Source of the DNA: a virus | Lineage: Duplodnaviria; Caudoviricetes | Length of the DNA: 64,000 bases | Virus record (IMG/VR): IMGVR_UViG_3300032254_000004 | Location: 508-64,507 of that record | Strand: one strand, 5' to 3' | In this document: positions 1 through 9,860 of the stretch, piece by piece | Layout: each line of letters starts with the position of its first letter | Numbering within the stretch: position 1 is the first letter of the stretch | Made by a program: the position numbers and the translations under genes | The notes under the pieces: generated by a model | The model's input: the letters and a program-made list of their open reading frames with translations, nothing else | Database searches by the model: none | What the model was told of the DNA's origin: nothing

Positions 1-98
1 TCCAAAAATAGCTTTTAGAAAAACCCCACCCGAAAATTCGACGGATAGGGTTTAAAATAAGTGGCAAAATGAAAACGAGGTTTTTACCTAGGCTAAAC

Positions 99-482
99 TT
101 AGTCCACTATGTGTAATGCCGCAGACGGTTTATTAGGTCCTTTAGGTACTCTTACCTCACCAATGTTAGGATCAGGATATCTCATGACAATATACTTGTC
201 GGTATATCTCACGACCTCAAAAGGGATCGAGAAGTCAACATCCGCAAGTCGATCCGTAGTAGGCGTAGAGTAGTTGGCATTGATACGTAGGAGGACCGCA
301 GCTCCAATAGGTGGTATTGCAGCAGGATCATGTCTCCAGATTTGTTTCTTAAGCAGAGCCTTCGAAGTTCTATAGGCCTTAGAGCCCCGTTTCCTAACTT
401 GACTATGTATTGATAACTGCGCCATAAGAGACCTCCTAAGTATCCGCTGGTAAGGTGTTAATCTAGCTGGTTTGATAAACAT
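99..482 (-). CDS. hypothetical early protein
   Basis: ORF track 99..518; start moved to ATG 482 because a sigma70-like promoter occupies 489-518. Confidence 0.5.
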   Translation of the reverse strand: MFIKPARLTPYQRILRRSLMAQLSIHSQVRKRGSKAYRTSKALLKKQIWRHDPAAIPPIGAAVLLRINANYSTPTTDRLADVDFSIPFEVVRYTDKYIVMRYPDPNIGEVRVPKGPNKPSAALHIVD

Positions 483-488
483 GTGAGT

Positions 489-518
489 ATTATATAATAA
501 AGGTCCTAAGGTCATCAA
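489..518 (-). promoter_or_regulatory. sigma70-like early promoter
   Basis: TTGATG-N18-TATAAT on minus strand. Confidence 0.5.
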
Positions 519-637
519 CAGTTATTTTCAGTGCGTAATTAAACGGACCAGGTAGGTCCTTGAGGGCATGCAAAATTCAAAAAGACCAGGTAGTGTTTCT
601 AGCAAACCGGCCACCAAGACCGCCCCACACGACGGAC

Positions 638-677
638 AAAAAAAAACCGACATAAGTCGGTCTTCTTCTTTTTTTTT
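638..677. terminator. bidirectional intrinsic terminator
   Basis: A9-CCGAC-ATAA-GTCGG followed by T-rich tract; directly downstream of ORF 685..972. Confidence 0.75.
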
Positions 678-684
678 GTCGGAA

Positions 685-972
685 CTATTTATTGTTCCAG
701 CCCCTCTTTATTTTTGTGATCATAGGTAGGATTACGTCTTGATCATAATTCGGATGTTTGTACCAATAGTTCATTTTTCGTTCACAAATGGTAAGTTCTT
801 TAGTTGCTTGTGTACATTCATTTCTTGTTGAGTCCTTATGGTTCAAAATGAACTTAAGGAACATGAAATTTTCATAATGACGTATATAGTGTCGATTTGC
901 ATTTTGTTCGTGGTACGGTACTGCTGATTTTGGATCAAAAGTGTTTGGTTGGGTATTGGAATAAATGAACAT
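685..972 (-). CDS. hypothetical early protein
   Basis: 95-aa ORF flanked by own promoter and terminator. Confidence 0.7.
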   Translation of the reverse strand: MFIYSNTQPNTFDPKSAVPYHEQNANRHYIRHYENFMFLKFILNHKDSTRNECTQATKELTICERKMNYWYKHPNYDQDVILPMITKIKRGWNNK

Positions 973-1003
973 AATGTTACCTATGTTTGTTGAACTATAC
1001 CTT

Positions 1004-1032
1004 ATTATAAATCATTTCCTAGGACCCTTCAA
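1004..1032 (-). promoter_or_regulatory. sigma70-like early promoter
   Basis: TTGAAG-N17-TATAAT. Confidence 0.7.
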
Positions 1033-1125
1033 CATGTCATTTAAGAAAATTTAAGGACCAGGCCAGGCCTTATGCCAATAGGGGCCCCAACGACCGCCAC
1101 TAGCGACCCGGTCCATCCTAGGGAT

Positions 1126-1156
1126 AAAAAGACCCCGACGGGAGGTGTCGGGGTCT
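1126..1156 (-). terminator. intrinsic terminator
   Basis: GACCCCGAC/GTCGGGGTC 9-bp stem followed by T5 on minus strand, downstream of ORF 1170..1421. Confidence 0.75.
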
Positions 1157-1169
1157 CTGATAGTCCTAT

Positions 1170-1421
1170 TCAGTTGTTCTCCTTCCTCCAAAGTAAGAAT
1201 TTCTCTGGGCAGTGTTTCCTACAGAAGGCCCCAAAGGAAAACCTTCTGATACCGACAAAATCCATAAGGGTCTTAAGGTGATCGATATCTTGGTTACCCA
1301 GTTCAACATCACGTGCGACCTCTTCCAGTATGGTAAGCTGGGTATCATTCAGATACTCTTTGATGTCGGATAGGGCATTTTCATCTGCCGAAGATCTGGA
1401 ATACTTTATCGCGGTGTGCAT
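1170..1421 (-). CDS. hypothetical protein
   Basis: 83-aa ORF with AGGAG RBS. Confidence 0.7.
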   Translation of the reverse strand: MHTAIKYSRSSADENALSDIKEYLNDTQLTILEEVARDVELGNQDIDHLKTLMDFVGIRRFSFGAFCRKHCPEKFLLWRKENN

Positions 1422-1430
1422 GGCTGTCTC

Positions 1431-1514
1431 CTATTGTGGAATGTAGAGGAAGAGTAGTATCAGGACTCCGAACGTTATGAGCCCTGACACTATGAAGTAC
1501 TTGACTAGCTTCAT
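1431..1514 (-). CDS. 27-aa single-pass membrane peptide (not in ORF track)
   Basis: MKLVKYFIVSGLITFGVLILLFLYIPQ; fills the gap, ATG overlaps upstream stop (ATGA). Confidence 0.55.
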   Translation of the reverse strand: MKLVKYFIVSGLITFGVLILLFLYIPQ

Positions 1515-1795
1515 GCTTCGCTAGTCGCAGGAGCTTGGAGATCCTGTTCGAGAACATTGCGCACGTGCTGGTAACGCTTGTTCAGGAATCGAGCGATCGA
1601 AGCTCGCGCATGGTTCTGCGCATTCAGATATCGGATCTGAGATGAGACACTGGTCAACTCATTGGCCTTAACGATCTTTGCCCATTCGGTCTTTGACATC
1701 TGAATGTCAGGTGACTTCGCACGACCCTTTTTCTTAGGAGCTTCAGTAGGCTCAGGAGTCGTTGTGTCAGAAGTCTTTACATTTGCTTTAGACAT
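1511..1795 (-). CDS. putative HTH-like DNA-binding protein
   Basis: SQIRYL..RASIARFLNKRYQHVRNVL helical motif; GAAAGGA RBS; own promoter. Confidence 0.55.
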   Translation of the reverse strand: MSKANVKTSDTTTPEPTEAPKKKGRAKSPDIQMSKTEWAKIVKANELTSVSSQIRYLNAQNHARASIARFLNKRYQHVRNVLEQDLQAPATSEA

Positions 1796-1850
1796 AATAT
1801 GTCCTTTCGTTTGGTTTGTTTTATTGACTCGTTATTGAATCAATATAAAT

Positions 1851-1879
1851 ATATTATAGCTTCGCATAAGTGACCCCAA
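1851..1879 (-). promoter_or_regulatory. sigma70-like early promoter
   Basis: TTGGGG-N17-TAATAT. Confidence 0.55.
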
Positions 1880-1920
1880 CGTTTTTCTGTAACATAATCT
1901 GTTTTTGTTTGCTGCATCTT

Positions 1921-1972
1921 TAACATAATATGATATTATCGCCTATTAACATAATATGATATTATCGCCTAT
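1921..1972. repeat. perfect 26-bp tandem duplication
   Basis: TAACATAATATGATATTATCGCCTAT x2 in the divergent intergenic region. Confidence 0.95.
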
Positions 1973-2256
1973 CAAAGAGTAATTTTCGGATGCGGATGTG
2001 ACATATTAGGTCCCGGCCACTAAGGGTGTTCTAAAATTTCTAAAAAATTACCTTTCCCAAAACCATGGTGGCCATTATCACTAAATACCTCAAGCACCGT
2101 ATGTTAATGATAATAGTCAAAGGAATATAACAATGAGGATAGTGATGATAATATTAGGGTTCAACTTTAAAGCGCTCTTTGGTCACTACAACAGCTACAG
2201 TTCTCTTTCCGCGTTATTACCAGGCTGTATTTTTTATAGGTAAGGTCCTTGAATTA

Positions 2257-2287
2257 TGTTGATCTTGTATAGATAGTCCTATATTAT
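2257..2287 (+). promoter_or_regulatory. late promoter
   Basis: TGTTGAT-N12-GTCCT-A-TATTAT; same pattern at 6205 and 9861. Confidence 0.65.
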
Positions 2288-2319
2288 AAAGAGACGTACA
2301 ATGTCGCAATGGTAGGCCA

Positions 2320-3249
2320 ATGTCCTTGCATGAGAATGATCCTAACGAAATTCCTATTCATGTAGCTCCTGAACCTAAAGCATTAGTGCCTCAGGGTGAG
2401 CCTGTTATTGAATCTCGTGCTACTATTATGGCTAAGTTAACACAGACGCTGTCGTTAAATGATTTAGGATTACCTGACTTCATATATCGTACAGATTGTA
2501 TTCCAGTACATTTTTATGAAGAAGATACTACAGAAGCTGAACGTATTAGTATTTTGCAAGCAGCTTCTTTACCTTTAGAATATTTTGAAGGTTATCCTAC
2601 ACAATCAAATGGATCAGCTTTCTGGTCTAAGATGGAATTTGAACCTCAGGAAGCATATCATGCATTCAATACTTATTTAGGTATTGTCGAAATTAGTGAT
2701 GATTCTGGTTCCCTAGTTGCTCCTGTTCGTACTTTTGGTGCAGTCGCAGCAGCTACAAGATTATCTGAAAGCGATCTTAAAGATCTTGCCAATATGTTCT
2801 ATTGGAAGTTCCGTGCCAAAGCATATGATATGTTTATGGTGGCTTCTTTCAGTAAACAAAAAGAGCGTCGTTCCTTAATTCTTGAAGATAACCATTTTAA
2901 AGTTGCTAACCGTTGGATTGATAAGCTTGAGAAAAAAGCTGAAGAAATGTTCAACGATGAAGATGCCATGGAAGATTTAAAACCCAAAGAAGTTTTGTCT
3001 TTAATGTTAGATTTTGCCAAGTATCAAAGAGTTACTGTTGGGCTACCTGCTAATGGAGGACAACAAACTAAAGACGATGTGCCTAAGAATGCTTCTTTAG
3101 AAGTTTCTATGCGGACTGTTGCTAAGCAAGCAGGGGAAGAATCTAAGACAATTGAAATGGATAGTCAAGGCATCGAACAGTTACTTGATGATCCTGAATC
3201 AGCTCAGCAAATGCAAGAGCTCATTATTAAGGCCAATACCCGAAAATGA
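2320..3249 (+). CDS. putative terminase small subunit
   Basis: position directly upstream of and overlapping terL; acidic helical protein. Confidence 0.55.
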   Translation: MSLHENDPNEIPIHVAPEPKALVPQGEPVIESRATIMAKLTQTLSLNDLGLPDFIYRTDCIPVHFYEEDTTEAERISILQAASLPLEYFEGYPTQSNGSAFWSKMEFEPQEAYHAFNTYLGIVEISDDSGSLVAPVRTFGAVAAATRLSESDLKDLANMFYWKFRAKAYDMFMVASFSKQKERRSLILEDNHFKVANRWIDKLEKKAEEMFNDEDAMEDLKPKEVLSLMLDFAKYQRVTVGLPANGGQQTKDDVPKNASLEVSMRTVAKQAGEESKTIEMDSQGIEQLLDDPESAQQMQELIIKANTRK

Positions 3250-4736
3250 GTTATGTAGAAGAACAGTCAAAAAGGTTATTGGAGAACTATAAGTTTACTC
3301 CTGCTACATTAGCACAGAAGTTAGATCCTTCTTGGATTCCTGCTGATTGGTTAATGTATACCTCTTTGAAAGTTGCTGCAGCTATTAAACAAGGTAATGG
3401 GCGTCTTATTATATCAGCTCCTCCACGGCATGGTAAAAGTAGACTAATTACTATCTTTACGTCCATTTGGATACAGGAAATATTCAAAACAGTAAACATT
3501 ATTCTCACCTCATATGGTGGGGAATTATCAGTTGATTTTGGTCGCGAAGTCAGAAACATAATTCAAGGGAACCAGGATCTTTTAGATGTAAGGATTTCTC
3601 AAGATCGTTCGAGAGCAAATGCTTGGAAGAACCAATGGAATGGTGGCATGGTTTCTGTTGGTCTTGGTGGTGCTATTACAGGTCGGGGTGCAGATGTACT
3701 TCTTATTGATGACTACATTAAAGAAATTAAAGAAGCACTTTCCACTACTACAAGAGAGTATATTTGGAACTGGTTTACTACTACTGCTTTTACTCGCTTG
3801 GAACCTGGTGGAACCTGTATCATCATTGCTACAAGATGGCATCACGATGATCTTATTGGCCGCATCCTAAAACATAATCCAGGAGGCGCTTGGGATTATA
3901 TTCATATTCCAGCAGAAGCTATGGAAAATGATCTCTTAGGTAGAGCTATAGGAGAACCTTTATTTCCTGAAAGGTATCCAATAGAAGTATTACGTGAAAG
4001 GAAAGCTGTTCTTGGTTCTTTCTTCTACAATGCTCTTTATCAGCAGATTCCTGAAAATCCTGAAGCCGCTATTACTGATGCTGATTGGCTGGATATTATT
4101 GATTTTGTTCCTGATGTTGATAAATTGCCTAAAGCTCGGGTTTGGGATTTGGCAGCTACTGAAGATGCGGGTGACTTTACTACCGGTGGTTTGTATACTT
4201 ATTCTAAACCTATAGATACATTAAACATCCACAATATGATCCGTACTCAAAAGTCACCTGGGGGAGTAGAAGACTTAGTCCGCAGAACTGCTATAGCGGA
4301 TGGAACTAATACTAAGATTTATATTGAGCAAGAACCTGGTTCATCAGGCAAGGCATTAATTCATCATTTCCAAACTACAGTACTACCTGAATACCATGTA
4401 GAGGCAGTTCCAGCTACTGATGGTAAATTATTCCGAGCTCAACCGATGTTAGCGGCTTCAGAAGCTGGTAAAGTCAAGTTAGTTAAAGGTAATTGGAATA
4501 GTAAATTTATTGATGAGTTTGGTGATTTCCCTGGAGGAGCTCATGATGACCAGATCGATAATGCAGCAATTGCATATACCAAAATGTCTGGTAAAACAGC
4601 TTATAGAGCTTCTTGGGGTAGAGACACTGAGAGAAGAAAAATAAATTCCCCTTCATTGAGTTCCTCTTCAAGATCTACTAGACGTAAGAATCGTGTTTTA
4701 CTACCTAATGTTTCAGGCGCAACATGGCGAGTTTAA
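3246..4736 (+). CDS. terL: terminase large subunit
   Basis: Walker A ISAPPRHGKS, Walker B LLIDD, ATRWH, C-terminal nuclease WDLA..D..DFT and HDDQID. Confidence 0.97.
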   Translation: MSYVEEQSKRLLENYKFTPATLAQKLDPSWIPADWLMYTSLKVAAAIKQGNGRLIISAPPRHGKSRLITIFTSIWIQEIFKTVNIILTSYGGELSVDFGREVRNIIQGNQDLLDVRISQDRSRANAWKNQWNGGMVSVGLGGAITGRGADVLLIDDYIKEIKEALSTTTREYIWNWFTTTAFTRLEPGGTCIIIATRWHHDDLIGRILKHNPGGAWDYIHIPAEAMENDLLGRAIGEPLFPERYPIEVLRERKAVLGSFFYNALYQQIPENPEAAITDADWLDIIDFVPDVDKLPKARVWDLAATEDAGDFTTGGLYTYSKPIDTLNIHNMIRTQKSPGGVEDLVRRTAIADGTNTKIYIEQEPGSSGKALIHHFQTTVLPEYHVEAVPATDGKLFRAQPMLAASEAGKVKLVKGNWNSKFIDEFGDFPGGAHDDQIDNAAIAYTKMSGKTAYRASWGRDTERRKINSPSLSSSSRSTRRKNRVLLPNVSGATWRV

Positions 4737-4761
4737 GCCTGGTTAATTAATAGGATATATT

Positions 4762-6201
4762 ATGACACAGCATCCAATGGGATTTTTAAGAACACTAGGC
4801 CAAATGGTTAGTCGTAATGGATTAGCTTCCATTTTCTCTAATCGTTTTGAAGGGGCTCGTCAGTACTATAAAATCTTTGGCTATCAAGATAATCTGCAAT
4901 ATGAACATTTATTATCTAAGTATACACGTCAAGGAGTAGCTTCACGTATTGTAGAAGCACCCTCACAAGCATTATGGGATAATCCTCCTGTAATTACATC
5001 CAATGATGAAGATTGGAATAATGCTTGGAATAGGCTTGTTGTTAAAAACAATCTTTGGCAAGCATTATTAAAAGTAGATAACCTTTGCGGTATTGGACGT
5101 TATTCTTGTTTATACATTGGAGTACAAGGGCGTCAAAAACCTAATGCCCCTGCAAATGGTGAATTAGCTTCAGGACTTCGAAATGTCCTATATCTACAGC
5201 CTTATTCACAAGTATCTGCTGAAATAGATTCTTTAAGCAATAATCAAAATAGTCCTCAATACTTATTACCCTATACATATACAGTATATCCATTTCGACA
5301 AAATCAAGGAGATATTGCAGTTAAAACTCCTGAAACAGTATCTTCTTTTAAAGTACATCATTCAAGAATGTTGCATGTAGCCGAAAATACTTTAGAAGAT
5401 ACTGTATATGGTTTACCTCGCATGGAAAGAGTATTCAATGATCTAGATGACCTTTTAAAGGTATCTGGAGGCACTGCAGAAACATTCTGGCTTACTGCCA
5501 ATAGAGGTATGCAAGTAGACATTGATAAGGAAATGGAGCTATCTCCTGAAGATGCTGCAGACTTATCAGAAGAATTGGATGAATTTCAGAACCAACTACG
5601 ACGGTACGTACGTACAAGAGGGGTCAAAATCGAGAGTATTGGGTCAGATATCCCCAAGCCTAAAGAAACTTTTGAAATGCTAATTTCCTTGATTTCAGGT
5701 GCTACTGGAATACCAAAACGTATTTTAATTGGCGCTGAAGCAGGACAGTTAGCATCTGAACAAGATAGGGCCAATTGGGCTGATCGTGTTGAGATGCGTC
5801 GTAAAGATTTCGGTGAGCCTGTAGTATTATTTCCTCTTATTAGTATCTTAACTAATCTTGGGGTATTGCCAAAACGTGATGATATTGAAATTGTTGTCAA
5901 TTGGCCCGATGCTTACAAATTAAGTCCTTTAGAGATTGCACAGAAATCGGCTCAACATGCTCGTTCAGCAACAAACTTTGCAAAAGCCATTGACACAATG
6001 ACTAATCTCAAGAAAGGTACTCCAGGAACAGAGCCGCAATTGGATGAAGATGGAAATCCTATTCCAGGTACTGGTACTGATGCTGAGCCAGGCATAGAGA
6101 TGGATGATCTAATCTCTATTGAAGAAGCAAGAACCATGATGGAACTTGAAAATCCTGTACCTCAAATTAATGATACTGGAGATCTTCAGGAAACTAATTA
6201 A
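4762..6201 (+). CDS. portal protein (DUF1073-type)
   Basis: follows terL; 479 aa; SGATGIPKRILIG and DRANW motifs typical of the family. Confidence 0.9.
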   Translation: MTQHPMGFLRTLGQMVSRNGLASIFSNRFEGARQYYKIFGYQDNLQYEHLLSKYTRQGVASRIVEAPSQALWDNPPVITSNDEDWNNAWNRLVVKNNLWQALLKVDNLCGIGRYSCLYIGVQGRQKPNAPANGELASGLRNVLYLQPYSQVSAEIDSLSNNQNSPQYLLPYTYTVYPFRQNQGDIAVKTPETVSSFKVHHSRMLHVAENTLEDTVYGLPRMERVFNDLDDLLKVSGGTAETFWLTANRGMQVDIDKEMELSPEDAADLSEELDEFQNQLRRYVRTRGVKIESIGSDIPKPKETFEMLISLISGATGIPKRILIGAEAGQLASEQDRANWADRVEMRRKDFGEPVVLFPLISILTNLGVLPKRDDIEIVVNWPDAYKLSPLEIAQKSAQHARSATNFAKAIDTMTNLKKGTPGTEPQLDEDGNPIPGTGTDAEPGIEMDDLISIEEARTMMELENPVPQINDTGDLQETN

Positions 6202-6204
6202 TCC

Positions 6205-6233
6205 GTGATTTACAATAAAAATTCCTATATAAT
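6205..6233 (+). promoter_or_regulatory. late promoter
   Basis: GTGAT-N12-TTCCT-A-TATAAT. Confidence 0.55.
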
Positions 6234-6259
6234 AATATAAGGACCAAGAGGTAATTATC

Positions 6260-6514
6260 ATGTCAACTACCGCTTCCTCTCGAAAATTCTTTCAGATTAC
6301 TCCTAGCGACGATGCTGCAGATAATTTTAAAGATACAAATACCCAAAAAGCAATATTTACAAGGGCTGTTTCGGCTACTGTCGAAGGGGTTCAAACAGTC
6401 ATCGACGTTGATGGTAACGAAGTACCAATATTCCTTTTTAAGGGATATAATCCTATAGTATGCGCTAGGGTAAAGACTGGCGGAGTAGCGTCTGACTTAT
6501 GGGCATTTTTCTAA
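6260..6514 (+). CDS. head spike base protein (RcGTA Rcc01079-like)
   Basis: 84 aa; ITPSD..TRAV..G..P.....RV.TG pattern; directly precedes a fibre gene. Confidence 0.7.
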   Translation: MSTTASSRKFFQITPSDDAADNFKDTNTQKAIFTRAVSATVEGVQTVIDVDGNEVPIFLFKGYNPIVCARVKTGGVASDLWAFF

Positions 6515-6515
6515 T

Positions 6516-8768
6516 ATGTTTGCAAGTATTGAATTAGGGTTATCCATAGTATCTGGTTGGAATCCTGCATATGGAATCAGTCCCAGTGCTTTATTCAGTG
6601 ACTTCATAATCACTAACGCAGATGGAACGCTGACGACTATTGCAGCAAGCGGCCCGCGCGGGCTTGAGGTGTATGGGGAAGCTACGAACCTTTTGCTTGA
6701 GAGCCGTTGTGACCAATATTTTGTCGCCAATGGCACGACACCGCCCACAATCACTGATCAAGTAACGCATCTGGGTCAGTCAACAACAGAGGTGGCGTTC
6801 GCCGATACCTTGACGCCCGGTCAGTCAAATGCGGGAGCGCATAGGCCGGGAAAGGCCGCGCAGCTTCTGAGCGGTCAGAAATATACACACTCAATTTATA
6901 TTGCATTGAACCGACCGCTTGTTGGTGGCGAGTTGGTCAAGATGCTATTTTCTGGATTTGCCGGATCAGTGCGACAAACAATTGATGCAGGGAACAGTGT
7001 GGACTTTGTTGGTCAGTTTGGTCGGCTCTCTTCACCTCAGTCGACCGTTGTGGTTGGGTCTGGCGGCGTCTACCCCATCATCTACATTGACGCCCCGCTA
7101 ACCAGCGACCTAACCGTCTATGTCCATTCGGGGCAGACTGAGCTTGGTGATTTTGCGTCACCTTGGATTGAAACAACGACTTCTTCAGCAACCCGCGCGG
7201 CCTCTGAGCCAACACTGGTGCAGGGGTATGGGCCAGAATTAGCTACGCTTGCTAATTTTGACAAACGTGCAGAGACGGACGGAACTGTTACATTCCTACC
7301 TGACGGCACGTTGAATTTCGTGAACGGGCTGGCGGGACTTTCTACAGCAGTTTCGGAAGAGATCACAGGGCTGACGGTCGGTGCAACGTACCGATTTACG
7401 ACTAGCGTCCGGCTTATTTCTGGTGCGGACCTAGTGACCGAATTGCGTACAGGTAGTGGAGGCGGGGGGGCGGACTTAGCGCAATCTTCATTCACGTCTT
7501 CTTCCACATTCATTACGCAAACCGTAGGCTGGGTGGCTACACAAACCAGCATTTTCTTGTCGGTACGGGCTGCTGTTGGTTCAGAGTTTCAAGTTGAAAG
7601 CGCCTCTTTTGCCGAAGTCCTCCCGTACCCCGGCTACGCGACAGAAGAACGGCTGGGGGATGAGCAAGTTGAGAACGGCGACTTTGCGAATGGCTTGACA
7701 GGCTACACTAACATCACAGCCCAAGACCCAGTTCTTCAAGATGGCGGCGTCTTCATTGAGCGTTCAGCAGATAACGTTACCAACACGTCCGTCGCACAGA
7801 CCACAAATATTTCCGGTCTTCACGAGGTCTCTTATGATGTGCTATCGGGCTCAGGCAACCTTTTGGTGTGCGAGAGTGAAACAATTGCTGCAACCGTAGG
7901 GCGGCACACGTTTCAGAGAACTTTCTCAGATGAGAACAGGTTTTCCGCCCGATGTTTCGCTGGGGCGAATGCAGTCATCGACAACATCACCGTCAAACCC
8001 GTCTACCGCGACCACACATTCAAAGTCGAATGGGACGCTGACAGTGTAACGGGCGACCGTGTTGTCTGGGAGGGCCGCAAGGATGCCAACAACCGGTTGG
8101 TGCTTCATTTCGTCTCAGGCATCCTGCGCTTTGAGAGTTTCGTCTCCGGGTCCAGCGAAGGCTTTGTCGCGGTTGCCGGTGTCGATGATGGCGGAAGCCA
8201 CAGCGCGGTGCTGTACTGGGATGAAGTCAGCGGCACGCTCTCGCTTGATGTTGACGGGCAGGGACTTGAAGGACCTGAGCTTGTTACGAATGGTGGGTTT
8301 GACACCGATAGTGATTGGACTTTTATCGGCTCAAGTACCGGAATCTCATCCGGTACGGCTTTGGTGACGGACTCGGGCGCTGCGGAGGGTCGGGCCACAC
8401 AGGCTTTAGCTATCGTCGAAGGTATACGATATTCGGTAGCGTTTACCATTTTGTCTACCGTTAGTAGCGGCGCAGTGACGCTAGGAGGCACGCGAACCGC
8501 CGCAGGCGGACTGGGCACACGTACGCTTGAGTTGATTGCAGGCTCAAGCGACAATGTCATAAAGCTTGGTACGAACACGGCATCGCCCGGTTCTTTTACT
8601 GAGTACGACAACATCTCCGTCAAAGCCACCTACACCCGCACCGGCCTGACACTGCCCACGAACCTCAGTCAAATAGCCCTGGGCCATTCAGGCGGTGCGA
8701 ACCAACTTAATGGGCTGATTGAAGAGTTGCTTGCATCAAATAACAATAACCTTTTAGAATGGGTCTAG
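6516..8768 (+). CDS. head fibre/spike with carbohydrate-binding (CBM/LamG-like) domains
   Basis: beta-rich 750 aa; repeated V.NG.F...W motifs (EQVENGDFANG, ELVTNGGFDTDSDW); LamG-like segment; follows spike base. Confidence 0.7.
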   Translation: MFASIELGLSIVSGWNPAYGISPSALFSDFIITNADGTLTTIAASGPRGLEVYGEATNLLLESRCDQYFVANGTTPPTITDQVTHLGQSTTEVAFADTLTPGQSNAGAHRPGKAAQLLSGQKYTHSIYIALNRPLVGGELVKMLFSGFAGSVRQTIDAGNSVDFVGQFGRLSSPQSTVVVGSGGVYPIIYIDAPLTSDLTVYVHSGQTELGDFASPWIETTTSSATRAASEPTLVQGYGPELATLANFDKRAETDGTVTFLPDGTLNFVNGLAGLSTAVSEEITGLTVGATYRFTTSVRLISGADLVTELRTGSGGGGADLAQSSFTSSSTFITQTVGWVATQTSIFLSVRAAVGSEFQVESASFAEVLPYPGYATEERLGDEQVENGDFANGLTGYTNITAQDPVLQDGGVFIERSADNVTNTSVAQTTNISGLHEVSYDVLSGSGNLLVCESETIAATVGRHTFQRTFSDENRFSARCFAGANAVIDNITVKPVYRDHTFKVEWDADSVTGDRVVWEGRKDANNRLVLHFVSGILRFESFVSGSSEGFVAVAGVDDGGSHSAVLYWDEVSGTLSLDVDGQGLEGPELVTNGGFDTDSDWTFIGSSTGISSGTALVTDSGAAEGRATQALAIVEGIRYSVAFTILSTVSSGAVTLGGTRTAAGGLGTRTLELIAGSSDNVIKLGTNTASPGSFTEYDNISVKATYTRTGLTLPTNLSQIALGHSGGANQLNGLIEELLASNNNNLLEWV

Positions 8769-8780
8769 AAGATATTCACA

Positions 8781-9065
8781 ATGACCAGCATAATCGAAGC
8801 TTTTACGACCTTTATAACAGCAACAGGTGTTAACGGATCAACAGCATTAGCTTTAGTTTTATCCGGGGGATTAGTTTATTTTATTCGAGAGTTAATTTTT
8901 AAGCAACGAGAAGACACAAAGGCGCAAATTGAGGCGTCAATGAAGACTGCAGAAGCCATGGATAAGATCATCCATACTCTTCACCTTAACCTTTATACCT
9001 TAGTAGCTGAACTTTGTCAAGCTAAAGGTATTCCAATGCCACGTTCGGGCGGTGCTGGTAAATAA
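8781..9065 (+). CDS. membrane protein, holin candidate
   Basis: N-terminal hydrophobic helix followed by coiled coil. Confidence 0.45.
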   Translation: MTSIIEAFTTFITATGVNGSTALALVLSGGLVYFIRELIFKQREDTKAQIEASMKTAEAMDKIIHTLHLNLYTLVAELCQAKGIPMPRSGGAGK

Positions 9066-9068
9066 ACA

Positions 9069-9566
9069 ATGCTTTATGCTATTCCCTTTGGACTTCTTTT
9101 AACTTATGCACTATATGCTGCAATTAGATCTAAAGGTTTAACTGAAATAAAAACGATCAGTTTACTATGGATCGTCTGGATTGCAAACGGGGCTATAAAT
9201 TATACATTAAAAGATTCAACTCCTTACATGGAGTATGCAATATTAGATTTCGCGGCTATTTTAATTTTAATGCTTTTTCAAACGCGTAATTGGCAACATG
9301 TTATTGCAAGTTTATATGCTGCCATGATTTTGACACATTTTCTTTTATGGGCTGGTATTACATCGAATACATTGTTAGATACAGGACACCCATATCAAGA
9401 CTTTCTTGCAGGGTTAGGGTATTTACAAATATTCTTTACCATTTATATTTCCAATGCAAGAAACCGATCTGATAATACTTATAGAAACTTTACTAGATGG
9501 TGTTTTGCTGTTGACCTTGTTTGGATGCGCTATTTGGGGCGTAGAAATAATGAAAGGCCGATTTAA
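9069..9566 (+). CDS. multi-pass membrane protein
   Basis: about five hydrophobic segments in 165 aa. Confidence 0.6.
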   Translation: MLYAIPFGLLLTYALYAAIRSKGLTEIKTISLLWIVWIANGAINYTLKDSTPYMEYAILDFAAILILMLFQTRNWQHVIASLYAAMILTHFLLWAGITSNTLLDTGHPYQDFLAGLGYLQIFFTIYISNARNRSDNTYRNFTRWCFAVDLVWMRYLGRRNNERPI

Positions 9567-9835
9567 TGGCCGAAAAAATAAAGGAAATTGGCTTACCAAA
9601 CTTTTTGGTAAGTGCAGTGACGATAATAGCTAGTGTAGTCATTACAATCTTATTAAATAACATTAACCAGAAATTAGGTCAGATACCTACCTTAATTGAG
9701 AAAGTAGAGACTATAGGCGAAGTAGTTAAAGATGATATCCGCCCTGAATTAAAAGAACAGCGTAATAGGATCACTGCCGCCGAAAGAGAAATATTCATGT
9801 TATCTAACGAAGTCGAAAACCTAAGCCGTCAATAA
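9566..9835 (+). CDS. membrane/coiled-coil protein, holin or antiholin candidate
   Basis: one TM helix plus heptad repeat. Confidence 0.45.
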   Translation: MAEKIKEIGLPNFLVSAVTIIASVVITILLNNINQKLGQIPTLIEKVETIGEVVKDDIRPELKEQRNRITAAEREIFMLSNEVENLSRQ

Positions 9836-9860
9836 TATTCTTCAAAAAGATCATTATTCC

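Noticed and set aside
543-1070. Recurring GGACC/GGTCC motifs near the left end
   Set aside because: Short and variably spaced; not enough to call a repeat family
1921-1972. CRISPR mini-array
   Set aside because: Two abutting 26-bp copies with no spacer; no cas genes (the Cas4-like gene is a replication exonuclease)
4762-6201. Anti-CBASS (Acb1) label sometimes attached to DUF1073 proteins
   Set aside because: Size, motifs and position after terL indicate a portal
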